Part shown: positions 20,423 through 30,520 of the stretch, in pieces
Position numbering within the stretch: position 1 is the stretch's first letter
How the letters are laid out: each line of letters starts with the position of its first letter
DNA from: an uncultured Candidatus Saccharibacteria bacterium
GTDB taxonomy: Bacteria; Patescibacteriota; Minisyncoccia; Phycocordibacterales; DATDWN01
Assembly: GCA_964469605.1 (NCBI GenBank)
Contig: CAYXZA010000003.1
Coordinates: 3,721-67,720, forward strand
Reading direction: 5' to 3'
DNA: 64,000 bases
Position numbers and translations under genes: made by a program
The notes under the pieces: model-generated
What the model was told of the DNA's origin: nothing
What the model saw: only the letters and a program-made list of their open reading frames with translations
Databases searched by the model: none

Positions 20423-21316
20423 ATGCTAACTCCTGAAAAAATTGAGTTCTTAAAAGAAAAATCAACTGATATTAGGGTTTCAATAGTTGAAATGCTTTTT
20501 AATGCTGGTTCAGGACACTCAGCTGGGCCACTTGGTATGGCGGATATTTTTACAGCTTTGTTTTTTGAAATTTTAAATATAGATTATAACAATCCATTTT
20601 GGGAAGATAGGGACAGATTTATACTTTCCAATGGTCATATTTGTCCTGTATATTATGCAACTTTGGCTCATATTGGATATATACCAATGATGGAGCTTAA
20701 AGGTCTAAGAAAGTTCGGTTCAAGACTTCAAGGTCATCCTCATAGACATTTTCTTCCGTTTTTAGAAACATCTTCAGGGCCACTTGGGTCTGGACTTTCT
20801 CAGGCTGTTGGTATGGCTATTGCTATGAGAATGGATAAAGGTAAAAGTGATGGCAGGTTTGTTTATTGTGTAATGGGCGATGGTGAATTAAACGAGGGTC
20901 AAAACTGGGAAGCAATGATGCTTGCTTCAAAAGAAAAATTAGGAAATCTTATTTGTATAATAGACAGAAATAATATTCAAATAGATGGATTTACAGAAGA
21001 TATTATGCCACTTGAATCCTTATTTCATAAATTTGAAAGTTTTGGTTTTCATGTAGAAGAGATAGATGGACATAATTTTACTGAAATATGCAGTGCCATA
21101 AACAGAGCCAAATCAGTTTTCAATGGCCCTAGTGTTATTATAGCCAGAACAATTCCAGGAAAAGGAGTTTCTTATATGGAAAGAGATTATAAGTGGCACG
21201 GAACTCCGCCGGGTATTGTTGATATGCAAGGTGAACCTGCAAAAGAAGAGCAGGTCAAGATTGCACTTTGTGAACTTAGAACTCTTTACGGTGAAATAGA
21301 AAGTGAACATAAATAA
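20423..21316 (+). CDS. tkt: Transketolase, N-terminal subunit
   Basis: DRFILSNGH, LQGHP, GDGELNEG TPP-binding motif. Confidence 0.95.
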   Translation: MLTPEKIEFLKEKSTDIRVSIVEMLFNAGSGHSAGPLGMADIFTALFFEILNIDYNNPFWEDRDRFILSNGHICPVYYATLAHIGYIPMMELKGLRKFGSRLQGHPHRHFLPFLETSSGPLGSGLSQAVGMAIAMRMDKGKSDGRFVYCVMGDGELNEGQNWEAMMLASKEKLGNLICIIDRNNIQIDGFTEDIMPLESLFHKFESFGFHVEEIDGHNFTEICSAINRAKSVFNGPSVIIARTIPGKGVSYMERDYKWHGTPPGIVDMQGEPAKEEQVKIALCELRTLYGEIESEHK

Positions 21317-21321
21317 AAGAT

Positions 21322-22311
21322 ATGCAAAAAGTTAAAATCAATCAAAAATTATTTTCAAAAAATATTGAACTTGAACCAATAAGAAAAGGTTTTGGGCAAG
21401 GACTTTTGGAAGCTGGTAAAAAAGATAAAAGTATTGTGGCACTTTGTTGTGACCTTGTTGAGTCAACATATATGCATTTGTTTAAAGAAAAATTTCCAGA
21501 GAGATTTATTGAGATAGGTGTTGCAGAGCAAAATATGGCATCTGTCGCTTCTGGTATGGCTGCTATTGATAAAAAACCAGTTATTTCTTCTTATGCAATG
21601 TTTTCTCCTGGAAGAAATTGGGAGCAGATCAGAACAACTATTTGTTACAATGACAGACCTGTTGTTATAGCTGGTTCTCATGCTGGTATTTCTGTTGGTC
21701 CTGACGGAGGAACTCATCAAGCACTTGAAGATATTGCTATTACCAGAGTTATTCCAAATATGACGGTCATATCTCCTTGTGATATTTTAGAGGCAAAAAA
21801 GGCAACTATGGATGCTTTAAAACTTGGTAAGCCGGTTTATGTCAGACTTTCAAGAGAAAAAACACCTGTTATTACAGTTGATGACACAGAGTTTGAAATA
21901 GGCAAGGCTAATCTGATTTTTGGAAGTTTAAAATCAGAAGCTTGTATTGTTGCAACAGGATCTCTGGTTTACAAAGCTTTGATTGTCGCTGAGAGTTTGA
22001 AAAAAGAAGGTGTCTCTGTTTGTGTTGTAAATTTACACACAATAAAACCACTTGATGAAAAAAGTATATTAGAAATTGCAAAATCTTGTGGGGCTATTGT
22101 AACCGTTGAAGAGCATCAAGTTTTTGGGGGTATGGGTTCTACGGTCTGTGAGTTTTTATCTTCAAATTATCCTATTCCAGTTGAAATTTTGGGTGTAAAA
22201 GATAGTTTTGGACAATCTGGTAAACCAGAAGAGCTTCTAAGTCATTATGGTTTAGATGAAAAGTCTATAAAATCTGCTGTTCTTAAAGTTATAAAAAGAA
22301 AAAATAACTAA
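21322..22311 (+). CDS. tkt: Transketolase, C-terminal subunit
   Basis: GVAEQNM, GPDGGTHQ, TVEEH. Confidence 0.95.
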   Translation: MQKVKINQKLFSKNIELEPIRKGFGQGLLEAGKKDKSIVALCCDLVESTYMHLFKEKFPERFIEIGVAEQNMASVASGMAAIDKKPVISSYAMFSPGRNWEQIRTTICYNDRPVVIAGSHAGISVGPDGGTHQALEDIAITRVIPNMTVISPCDILEAKKATMDALKLGKPVYVRLSREKTPVITVDDTEFEIGKANLIFGSLKSEACIVATGSLVYKALIVAESLKKEGVSVCVVNLHTIKPLDEKSILEIAKSCGAIVTVEEHQVFGGMGSTVCEFLSSNYPIPVEILGVKDSFGQSGKPEELLSHYGLDEKSIKSAVLKVIKRKNN

Positions 22312-23297
22312 TTTATTTTTTTCACTTGATAATCTTCTGGAGAATTTTTTATATATTCTAACAACTGATCTTTTCTTAGTAGACCTTTTTGAGCACCAAC
22401 TTGTTTTACAACAGACATTGAATTTACAGGGCCCCAAAGTAAAGATTCTTTTATATTGTTTCCAAGTATTAAACTTGAAACTACTGTTGATGCAAATGCA
22501 TCACCAGCCCCTGTTCTCTCAAATGGTTTGTGTGGATATACTGGGACAAAAAACATTTCTTGACCGTCAAAACTATAAGCACCATTTATACCATCTGTAA
22601 TAACTGCTATTTTTGGACCCAGTCTTCTTATACCTTCAAGTAATTTTTTAATATCTCTTTCTTTTTCATCAAGTATAGTCATCGCTTCTTCTACATTGCA
22701 GAAAAATACTTCTGTTTTGTTGTAAATTTCGGAAAGATTTTCTTTGCCAAAACGGATTTGAAAAGTTCCTGGTTGAAAAGCAAGTTTTACATCCGGATTT
22801 TCTACTAGATATTTTTCTATTTGTTTGTGATAATCCAGTGTATTTTCACCAAGTGATGATAGATAGATCCATTTTGGTTTTGGAAATTGCACTAAGTTGT
22901 AGGAAAAATGTTCGTGTTTAACAAGTATTGTTCTTTCAACATCATACCAGAGGACATAGTGATAATTTGTTTTTTTGTCTTTCTCTATTTGCATCAAACT
23001 TGTATCAACACCATTTTTTTCAAGCTCTTTTATACAATCTTTTCCATTTTCATCATCTCCTATATATGCCAAAAGTGCAGAAGAAAGACCAAGTCTTGAA
23101 GCTGAAACAGATGCATTTGCACTATTTCCAACTGCTGGCAAGACTTCTACTGACTGATAGGGAATTTTGTCTCCAAATTTAACACAAAGTTTGCAGTTTT
23201 CATTGTCTATATCACAGTTAACTTCTGCTTCTTTTAGTCTGATAAAAGCATCGGTTACAATATCTCCAATGCAAAGTATATCTATTTGTTTATTCAT
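22308..23297 (-). CDS. PfkB-family carbohydrate kinase
   Basis: GNSANASVSASRLG, ERTGAGDAF. Confidence 0.92.
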   Translation of the reverse strand: MNKQIDILCIGDIVTDAFIRLKEAEVNCDIDNENCKLCVKFGDKIPYQSVEVLPAVGNSANASVSASRLGLSSALLAYIGDDENGKDCIKELEKNGVDTSLMQIEKDKKTNYHYVLWYDVERTILVKHEHFSYNLVQFPKPKWIYLSSLGENTLDYHKQIEKYLVENPDVKLAFQPGTFQIRFGKENLSEIYNKTEVFFCNVEEAMTILDEKERDIKKLLEGIRRLGPKIAVITDGINGAYSFDGQEMFFVPVYPHKPFERTGAGDAFASTVVSSLILGNNIKESLLWGPVNSMSVVKQVGAQKGLLRKDQLLEYIKNSPEDYQVKKIN

Positions 23298-23412
23298 TGT
23301 AATATTTTAGTTTATTTTAAATTTTTATAAAATATTGACATGTCTTTTTATATGTATTGATGATTTATTATTTAATAATAAAAATATTTTTTATACTGTA
23401 TAATATTTAAAT

Positions 23413-24294
23413 ATGAAAACACTTAGAGAAACAATTTTAGATGCTGATAGCAGAAAAGTGGCTATTGGTCATTTTAATATATCAAACACAGAAGGACTTA
23501 AAGCTATTTTTAATTCCGCTAGAAATCTCAACCTTCCTGTTATTATTGGTGTATCTGAGGGAGAGAGAGATTTTATAGGTCCAAGACAGGTTAGGGATTT
23601 GGTTTTTGGATTAAGAGAAGAATTTGATTTTCCAATATATTTAAATGCAGATCATACATATTCATTTGAAAGGGTAAAAGAAGTTGTCCAGCTTGGTTAT
23701 GATTCTGTTATATTTGATGGTGCTAAACTTTCTTTTGAAGAAAACATTATAGAGACTAAAAAATGTTTTGATTTTATAAAAGATTTCAATAAAAAAAATA
23801 ATAAAGATATTTTGCTTGAAGCAGAATACGGGTATATAGGACAATCATCAAAAATTTTAGATAAAGTTCCTGATGAAGTAAAAATAGACCAAGATTCTTT
23901 AACAGATCCAGAAAAAGCATTTGAGTTTGTTTCTAGAACTGGTATAGATATGTTTGCTCCAGCAGTGGGAAATATTCACGGAATGCTTTCCTCTGGCATT
24001 GATCCAAGTTTAGATATTGATAGGATTTTTAATATAAAAGAAAAAGTCAAAATACCACTTGTCCTGCATGGTGGTTCTGGAAATAGTAAGGAAGATTTTC
24101 AGAAGGCTATAAAGTCTGGTGTTTCTATTGTTCATATAAATACAGAGCTTAGGGTTGCTTATAAAAATGGAATTTTGGAAAGTTTAAAAGAAAATCCAGA
24201 TGAAGTTGCACCATATAAGATGATGAAAAAATCTGTTGAAAATATGCAAAATCTAGTTTCTGAAAAATTAAAACTATTCAATTTTTTAGATTAG
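23413..24294 (+). CDS. fba: Class II fructose-bisphosphate aldolase
   Basis: NADHT, AVGNIHG, LVLHGGSG, HINTELR. Confidence 0.93.
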   Translation: MKTLRETILDADSRKVAIGHFNISNTEGLKAIFNSARNLNLPVIIGVSEGERDFIGPRQVRDLVFGLREEFDFPIYLNADHTYSFERVKEVVQLGYDSVIFDGAKLSFEENIIETKKCFDFIKDFNKKNNKDILLEAEYGYIGQSSKILDKVPDEVKIDQDSLTDPEKAFEFVSRTGIDMFAPAVGNIHGMLSSGIDPSLDIDRIFNIKEKVKIPLVLHGGSGNSKEDFQKAIKSGVSIVHINTELRVAYKNGILESLKENPDEVAPYKMMKKSVENMQNLVSEKLKLFNFLD

Positions 24295-24312
24295 TATTAT
24301 AATATTTTTATT

Positions 24313-24876
24313 ATGAAAAGTGGAGAAGCTCAATATATGACCAATGAGTATGAAATACTAGAAAAACTGGATTCTAGTTGGTCAGAATATGAAAAAGATT
24401 CTATTTGTGAAGAAAGTGAAGGAAGAAGAGATATTTTCAGGGTCTTTTTTGAAAATGAAGATAAAAGATTTTATATTCAAGTGTCTGTAAATGAAAGTCA
24501 AATAAGATATTTTTGTTTTTGTTATACAAAAGATAATGATCAACATAAAAGAATAGTATTTAATTTTAATGGCACATATCCAAGTTTAAATAAAGATAGG
24601 ATACCATTTATTTTGCATAAATTCAGAGATTATTCTATTTCAGAAGAATACAAAGGTATTTTAGATATTTTTGATAATGATCTAAATATGTATAAGAAAA
24701 GAATTTATATTAAAATGTATTTAAATTTTTTAATTTATTTAAATAAAAATGATAAAACAAAGTTTAAAGAATATTTAGAATCCTTGAAAATTTTAGGTGT
24801 GGGTAGTGGTTATAAAACTGCAAATGAAATATCAACTCCTATGGGTGGACAACCTGGTCACAGAAGAAGTAGGTAA
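24313..24876 (+). CDS. Hypothetical protein
   Basis: 187-aa AT-rich ORF; no family recognised. Confidence 0.65.
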   Translation: MKSGEAQYMTNEYEILEKLDSSWSEYEKDSICEESEGRRDIFRVFFENEDKRFYIQVSVNESQIRYFCFCYTKDNDQHKRIVFNFNGTYPSLNKDRIPFILHKFRDYSISEEYKGILDIFDNDLNMYKKRIYIKMYLNFLIYLNKNDKTKFKEYLESLKILGVGSGYKTANEISTPMGGQPGHRRSR

Positions 24877-24903
24877 GTGTCTTGTGTTTTTCTAGGTAAA
24901 AGT

Positions 24904-26097
24904 TTAAAAACCCTTATCTATTTTCAGGTTTCCCAAAGCTTTGATTTCCAAACTCTCAGTCTTTCCGGATATAAAACTTATATACCCAGCAACTGCTATC
25001 ATAACAGCATTGTCCGTCGTTAGATTTTTTGATGCTATTTTAAGTGTTATTTCTGGAAATTCATTTTTTATCATTTTTTCTAAATTTTCTCTTATATACA
25101 AGTTTGATATGACACCCCCTCCTACAATCAAAGTTTTAGCATTTGATTGTACCAGTGCTTTTCTTGTTTTGTGTATCAAGACTTCTGTTACTGAGTCTTC
25201 AAATTCTCTGCAAATATCTTTTATAAATTCTTCAGTTAATCTATTTTTCTCAACTGTATATAAAACAGCAGTTTTTAGACCAGAAAAAGAAAAATTTAAA
25301 TCATCGGATTTTATCATTGGCCTTGGTAGTTTTATTTTCTTTTCTATATTTTCCTCTCTGGCTATTTTTGCCATCTTTGAAACTTCTGGTCCTCCTGGAT
25401 AGGGAAGTCCAAGCATTCTTGCTGTTTTATCAAATGCTTCTCCAACAGCATCATCTAGTGTTTGTCCTAGTATTTTATATTTTGTCCAACTTTCCATATA
25501 TACTATTTCCGTATGTCCTCCAGATATGAGCAGGGCTATGGCAGGGAAGTTTATTTTATTGCTTTTATCATCTTTTTCTAAATCATCTTTTGATTTTATT
25601 TCAAGAACTGATGCAATATGGCCTTTCATATGGTTTTCCCCTAAAACTTTTATACTCCAAAAAGAGCCAAGTGCTTTTGCAAAAGAGATACCAACCCAAA
25701 GTGCAGGGGCTAGTCCTGGACCTTCTGTTACAACAATGAGATCTATATCGGGCTTTTTGTTTTGGTGCTTTTGTAAAAATGTTAATAAATCCTCATATAG
25801 TTGTTTTTCTCTTTCTAAAATACTCTCCATATTTCTTAAAACACCATCTTCGGTTTTATATTCTTTAAAACCAACCCCACTTTCATTTAATGTTTTTTCT
25901 AAAAGGGGAGTTAAATTTTTTGAATGTTCTCTTTTTGCAAGGTTTGGAAAAACTCCTCCATACTCTTTGTGTATGTCTATCTGAGACATTAGAGAATTAC
26001 CTAGTATTTTAAATTCTAGATTTTCTAAATCACCAGAGCATTTTAGGATAGATATAGCTGTTTCATCACAACTTGTCTCAATGGATAGTATATTCAT
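24904..26097 (-). CDS. tsaD: tRNA N6-adenosine threonylcarbamoyltransferase
   Basis: IETSCDET, GPGL, NHMKGH, SGGHT, DDAVGEAFDK, TDNAVMI. Confidence 0.97.
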   Translation of the reverse strand: MNILSIETSCDETAISILKCSGDLENLEFKILGNSLMSQIDIHKEYGGVFPNLAKREHSKNLTPLLEKTLNESGVGFKEYKTEDGVLRNMESILEREKQLYEDLLTFLQKHQNKKPDIDLIVVTEGPGLAPALWVGISFAKALGSFWSIKVLGENHMKGHIASVLEIKSKDDLEKDDKSNKINFPAIALLISGGHTEIVYMESWTKYKILGQTLDDAVGEAFDKTARMLGLPYPGGPEVSKMAKIAREENIEKKIKLPRPMIKSDDLNFSFSGLKTAVLYTVEKNRLTEEFIKDICREFEDSVTEVLIHKTRKALVQSNAKTLIVGGGVISNLYIRENLEKMIKNEFPEITLKIASKNLTTDNAVMIAVAGYISFISGKTESLEIKALGNLKIDKGF

Positions 26098-26135
26098 AAC
26101 TATAATCTATCATAAATTTAATATTTTTAAATCAC

Positions 26136-26163
26136 TTGACAAATATTGTGAGTATACTATAAT
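26136..26163 (+). promoter_or_regulatory. Sigma70 promoter of an orphan small RNA
   Basis: TTGACA-16 nt-TATAAT. Confidence 0.75.
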
Positions 26164-26169
26164 TGATAG

Positions 26170-26324
26170 TGTGAAAGGGTTGAGACGGTTGGCAACTGAG
26201 ACCGTTGACTGATGCCAAAAGCAAAAGTCAATCTTGGGGCTTATGCTCCAGTCAGATTCGCCTAATCCCGCCCTTTCACAAACTTTCAGTGCCGCCTCTC
26301 GGAGGAGCGGCACTTTCCTTTTTT
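26170..26324 (+). ncRNA. Candidate structured small RNA of unknown family, with terminator
   Basis: Closing stem TGTGAAAGGG/CCCTTTCACA, internal hairpins, then AGTGCCGC/GCGGCACT hairpin and T run. Confidence 0.65.
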
Positions 26325-26400
26325 GTATAAAAATCTGTGTAATAACAATCAACTTTTAATTTTGAATACAAAATTAAAGTCCAAAATTGTATCCAATTTT

Positions 26401-26605
26401 GTGACCCTACGGGGAATCGTCCGCCAGTAAAATTTTGTCGTCACAAAATTTTCTCGTGTCCGCGACTCGCGACCTAGTCTGTTGACTAGGTGCCCGCTCC
26501 GTCTTTCGATTCCCCACGAAATTGCATAATATGCAATTTCTGTATTGTCACAGGATATTCAAAAACAAAAAATCCCTACTGGGAATTTTTGTTAAGAATA
26601 TCAAC
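26401..26605 (-). repeat. tRNA-trailer structured element (Glu unit)
   Basis: 19-bp tRNA 3' copy at 26401-26419; antisense arm GTGACAATAC-[hairpin]-GGGGAATCGAA; core GACGGAGC..CAACAG..GCGAGTC..GACG. Confidence 0.9.
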
Positions 26606-26680
26606 TGGTGACCCTACGGGGAATCGAACCCCGATTTAAGCCTTGAAAAGGCCGTGTCCTAACCGTTAGACGATAGGGCC
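26606..26680 (-). tRNA. tRNA-Glu(TTC)
   Basis: GGCCCTA/TAGGGTC acceptor stem, loop TTTTCAA, GTTCGATTCC, encoded CCA. Confidence 0.95.
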
Positions 26681-26769
26681 AAAAACTTTACATTTAAAAA
26701 TATAACATCTTTTTATATATATTTCAATTGTTTGTATCATTTCAAAAATTTTGATATATTTTCTATGTT

Positions 26770-26846
26770 GCGCGCTTAGCTCAGTTGGCTAGAGCGTCTC
26801 ATTGACGTTGAGAAGGTCATAGGTTCAAGTCCTATAGCGTGCACCA
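26770..26846 (+). tRNA. tRNA-Val(GAC)
   Basis: GCGCGCT/AGCGTGC, loop TTGACGT, GTTCAAGTCC, encoded CCA. Confidence 0.95.
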
Positions 26847-26861
26847 ATAGCAACTTTCTAG

Positions 26862-27237
26862 TCAACAAGCCATGTAAATGGCTTTGAAAGCGTTGCAAAC
26901 ACTGTGTTTTTCTTGCCCATAAAAAAGTTCAAGAAGATCTTCTCGAGGTAGAAGTTCAATTCTTGCATAGATTTGGTTGTGGCTATGATTTGAGCCACTT
27001 TTTCCATGTTGTTCGAGAAACTCCGACATTAGCAGGATCGTACTCTTTTCAGCCTCAATAAGCTTCCTGTAGTTTCTCAATGTCGCCCTGTACTTGCTTG
27101 TGTTCGGTCTTGGCTTTTAGCGGATCTACCTTGAATCCCTCGATAAAACATGAATCTTTCTCATCGAGAATAAACTCATTGATGCGAATGTGCTTCACCG
27201 CAAGTACTTTCTTTTTGCCATTTAAGGAGTTGAGCAA
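26862..27237 (-). pseudogene. Two overlapping short ORFs, probably one frameshifted gene remnant
   Basis: ORFs 27055-27237 and 26862-27080 overlap in different frames, both with TTG starts. Confidence 0.35.
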
Positions 27238-27283
27238 TACTCAGTGTTCTTTAAAGTTCATCGTTAAGTTACCTATTAACTTC

Positions 27284-27312
27284 TTGACAAGATTGTAGTA
27301 TAGATGTATAAT
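27284..27312 (+). promoter_or_regulatory. Consensus sigma70 promoter
   Basis: TTGACA-17 nt-TATAAT. Confidence 0.85.
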
Positions 27313-27375
27313 GGTGATTGAGTTTACGTTCTTTGTTTGGCCTTTTGGCCAACCCCTTAGCCTGAGGAGGGCAAC

Positions 27376-27717
27376 ATGACCAACACGATCGTTATCAACG
27401 GCGTCACCATCAGTGGTGGTGGCCAAAACGTCACCATTCGCAATGGCAAGGTGATCGTCGATGGTAAGAATGTTACGCCGGATGCGAAGGAGATCAACAT
27501 CTTCGTCACTGGCAACGTCCAATGTATCGAGGCTGACGCTTGTCAGAAGATTTCCGTCACCGGAGATGCTGGCAGTGTCATTACCCAGAGTGGCAATGTG
27601 GAAGTTGGCGGCGCCATCGGTGGCAACGTCAACACGATGTCGGGAGACGTCGACTGTGGCGGCGCCATCGGTGGCAACGTCAACACGATGTCGGGGGACA
27701 TCAAGTCGCACCAGTAA
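27376..27717 (+). CDS. Small beta-solenoid repeat protein (DUF4097-like)
   Basis: AGGAGG RBS; repeated GGAIGGNVNTMSGD, also a DNA-level tandem repeat. Confidence 0.8.
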   Translation: MTNTIVINGVTISGGGQNVTIRNGKVIVDGKNVTPDAKEINIFVTGNVQCIEADACQKISVTGDAGSVITQSGNVEVGGAIGGNVNTMSGDVDCGGAIGGNVNTMSGDIKSHQ

Positions 27718-28051
27718 GGTCAAGTATTTTACAACTCGGTTACGAGCGCTTCAGTGATGGAGCGCTCTTTCTTTTGTGATGGTTGTATTTTGAGAATGAC
27801 CGGATGCACTTTGATGGGTTCTTTTTGCTCGGATGCTTTGATCGCTTTGACTTGCTCCTATGTAAAGAAAAGTGCCATGTTCTATTTCAGTATCGAATTG
27901 GCAGTGAGGAATGCAAGGTTGGTTTCCATTTTTTTTGAGGTGGTTTCATGTTTAAAGTTGACGGAACTATTATAGTATTTTACAATAGAGCCTCCAACAT
28001 GGGATTTGCACATGTTGGTTGAAGATCTTTGAAAGTGAAAGGAGGATTTGC

Positions 28052-28780
28052 ATGAATGAAGACACATGTGAGGTGTTGCGTGGACATTTTGAAGATTGTC
28101 TACAACATCTTGGACAAGTTTTCGCCTCAAAAATAAGAAAAGGTTCGCGAGGGGCGGCACAGGCAAAAAAGCCTATAGCTGAATTTTGCGGAGTCACGAT
28201 TGATTCCGTAACTCGATGGCTTCATGGTACTGGATCGTTACCTGTTGGCAAGTTATACATCAAGTTGATGTGTTTTCTCGACATGACAGGTTATCGAGTG
28301 ATCGAGTTGGAGAATATGTCGAAACCTCGTCGAAACTTTATTGAATTTATCGGCTATGGACTCTTTTCCAGTGATCAGGCTGCAGAGTTTCTCGGCTATC
28401 GCTCCACATCCACTCTTTATCAAGTTCTGCAAGGTAATCACCGCATAAGTGAGGACAAGGATCAGAAGATGTGGGATTTGTTTAAGGAAAGAGTGCGGGA
28501 ATTGCAGCAGGAGAAAGAAAGGTTGCAAAAGTTGTACCGATTGGATATTCCGTTGAAGACGGAGTTGTCCAAAATTTCGGGAAGACAAATGTCAGCTAGT
28601 CGCTCAGAAGCGATAGTCAGTATCATGAAAGGTTTGCTTGCGTTGATTGATGAGAGTTCTATTGAGAAACTTTTTGACGACGGGCAAGCAGATCTGAAAG
28701 AATCATCTGATACTATACTCCACCTATTGGCGCACTTGAGTGCCTTACATTCCCGTTTGGTCATGTCCGAGAAACAGTAG
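28052..28780 (+). CDS. Putative helix-turn-helix DNA-binding protein
   Basis: AAGGAGG before ATG 28052; IAEFCGVTIDSVTRWLHG and AAEFLGYRSTSTLYQVLQG HTH-like segments. Confidence 0.7.
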   Translation: MNEDTCEVLRGHFEDCLQHLGQVFASKIRKGSRGAAQAKKPIAEFCGVTIDSVTRWLHGTGSLPVGKLYIKLMCFLDMTGYRVIELENMSKPRRNFIEFIGYGLFSSDQAAEFLGYRSTSTLYQVLQGNHRISEDKDQKMWDLFKERVRELQQEKERLQKLYRLDIPLKTELSKISGRQMSASRSEAIVSIMKGLLALIDESSIEKLFDDGQADLKESSDTILHLLAHLSALHSRLVMSEKQ

Positions 28781-28794
28781 AAAGGAGGTAGTTA

Positions 28795-29055
28795 ATGTCG
28801 AACGACCAATGTTACCAAGCTGTCGTCGATAAGATCATTCCTGGTGGCAAGCATGGCCCCTATGCAGTTGCGCGTTCTGAGAAACTTGGTTCAATCACCT
28901 TCTCGCTTGAAGGCAAGGTCTGGCAAGAGAGAGATTGGCCAGAACCTGGGACATGCGTGATGTTATCACAAGTCAGGAAGAAGCGCGCCGGGTGGCGCGC
29001 ACAACATGGGCGGTTCATTGAACCATCCGACGTCCAAACAACCCAGCAACAGTAA
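28795..29055 (+). CDS. Hypothetical protein, possibly OB-fold
   Basis: AAGGAGGT RBS; operonic with neighbours. Confidence 0.75.
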   Translation: MSNDQCYQAVVDKIIPGGKHGPYAVARSEKLGSITFSLEGKVWQERDWPEPGTCVMLSQVRKKRAGWRAQHGRFIEPSDVQTTQQQ

Positions 29056-29067
29056 GGAGAAAAAGCA

Positions 29068-29868
29068 ATGAGCAGTCAGAAAATCGAGAAAGTGGCACTG
29101 AAGGACTTGAAGATTAGTCTGTTTGTTCGCAAACAGCTGAATCAAGAACATGCACTGTATCTTGCAGAGCTCATCGAGAATGGTACCCAACTCCCTCCAA
29201 TCCAAATCACAAGTGATTATGTGGTGATCGATGGACGGCATCGTATCGAGGCTCACGGTCTTAATAATCAAAATGAGATCATGGCTGAGATTGTGGATAA
29301 TATTGTAACTGATAGTGAACTTATTTCTATGGCCTACAGGGCCAATATAGGTGGTCCGCTTCCACCATCGCAGCATGACACGGAGTATACGGTTATGTTA
29401 CTTCTTGATCGTGGAGAGAATATAAAGCGCATCGCCTGTATGCTAGGTCTTCCTATTAATCTGGCACGCAAGTACATCAACTCAGTGCAGTCGAAGGTTT
29501 TGCGTAAAAAGTTGATAAAGGCTATTAGAGGGATCACTGAGGATGGTATTACTATCGATACGGCCGCCGATAAGTACGGGGTGAATGCTGATTCCATCAA
29601 ACAAATGATTTCCGGCCAAAATAGGAAGTGTAATAGTGATTTTTTCTCAGATGTTATGAAAGGTCTCAATGTGACCTATAAATCGGTGAATTTGAAGAAA
29701 GCAGCCCTTTTCAAAGAATTAATGCAAAAATATGATGATAGTGATGTGACAGATGAGCAGGTGGAAGAAGTTTTTGCGCGTATCGAAAAGCTTCATAATC
29801 GGTCCGCTCATCTTGTTAATGAATGGAAGAGGCGGTTCGAGGCGAAAGGTAAGATTGCAAGGTTGTAG
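29068..29868 (+). CDS. ParB/Srx N-terminal domain protein with HTH region
   Basis: LPPIQI...VIDGRHRIEA motif. Confidence 0.85.
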   Translation: MSSQKIEKVALKDLKISLFVRKQLNQEHALYLAELIENGTQLPPIQITSDYVVIDGRHRIEAHGLNNQNEIMAEIVDNIVTDSELISMAYRANIGGPLPPSQHDTEYTVMLLLDRGENIKRIACMLGLPINLARKYINSVQSKVLRKKLIKAIRGITEDGITIDTAADKYGVNADSIKQMISGQNRKCNSDFFSDVMKGLNVTYKSVNLKKAALFKELMQKYDDSDVTDEQVEEVFARIEKLHNRSAHLVNEWKRRFEAKGKIARL

Positions 29869-29892
29869 TAGTTCTTTTGTGTAAGTATGGGC

Positions 29893-29929
29893 CCGAGGTA
29901 TCACACTCTATGTGTACCTCGGTTTTTTA
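29893..29929 (+). terminator. Intrinsic terminator
   Basis: CCGAGGTA...TACCTCGG followed by T7. Confidence 0.85.
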
Positions 29930-30184
29930 TATTTTTTATAATTGCACCAATTGTTTCAAATAAATAAAGTTTTATTCACCAATATTTCTGGTGTAGTTAT
30001 CTAAAAAATACTCCCATCCTTTCAAAAGAAAAATCCATATTCGCCAAATCAAAATTAGCAAAGAGTTGTTTTTTGTGAAATATTTAATAAAGTAATTGGT
30101 GATAAGGATATTCAATTAATAATTTTGAAAATAGGTGTGTAAGATGGAGAAATGTATTATTAAAATATTATTTTATATATAGCA

Positions 30185-30520
30185 GAAACCCTCGGCTTGT
30201 TGAGCCGAGGGTTGTTTTAGATCTCTAAACTTGCCCCTTAGTTATTCGACTCGATGTTAGCATCGAGAGCACAGCCACTCTTTTCTGATGATGTGGCGTT
30301 AGAATGTGCTAGGAAGTTCATTTTTCGAATGAGCCTCGGGTATTTTTTGACCCGAACACCTTTTTTAGTGGTGCTCCTTCTTCAATTCAGAGTTACTGTG
30401 GAGTGATTTTTGTCTAACATCTCACACCCCAGGGCTTAGAAATCTTTGGCTTAATTTATGTTTGCGCAGGCCTTTGCGCTTTTAGTTACTTCATTTAATG
30501 TACCCTCCTTTTAAGGTACA
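30185..30520 (-). ncRNA. Candidate ~335-nt multi-hairpin ncRNA of unknown family
   Basis: Promoter TTGACA-17-TATCAT (30555-30527), run of short hairpins, terminator at 30187-30213, no ORF of 60 aa or more. Confidence 0.65.

Larger units (their letters stand above)
26847..29951. mobile_element. GC-richer genomic islet at the tRNA-Val 3' end (no integrase visible)
   Basis: Abrupt composition shift; TGCACCAAT at 26840-26848 and 29943-29951. Confidence 0.6.

Noticed and set aside
24941-25984. Long antisense ORFs inside core genes (tsaD; also infB, clpB, smc, dnaE)
   Set aside because: Typical antisense shadows of conserved genes, with no independent evidence.
26170-26280. TPP riboswitch call
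   Set aside because: Only partial words match and no gene follows the terminator.
27241-27779. Alternative-frame and antisense ORFs over the repeat protein gene
   Set aside because: Explained by GC-rich repetitive codons; only 27376-27717 has a promoter and ribosome-binding site.
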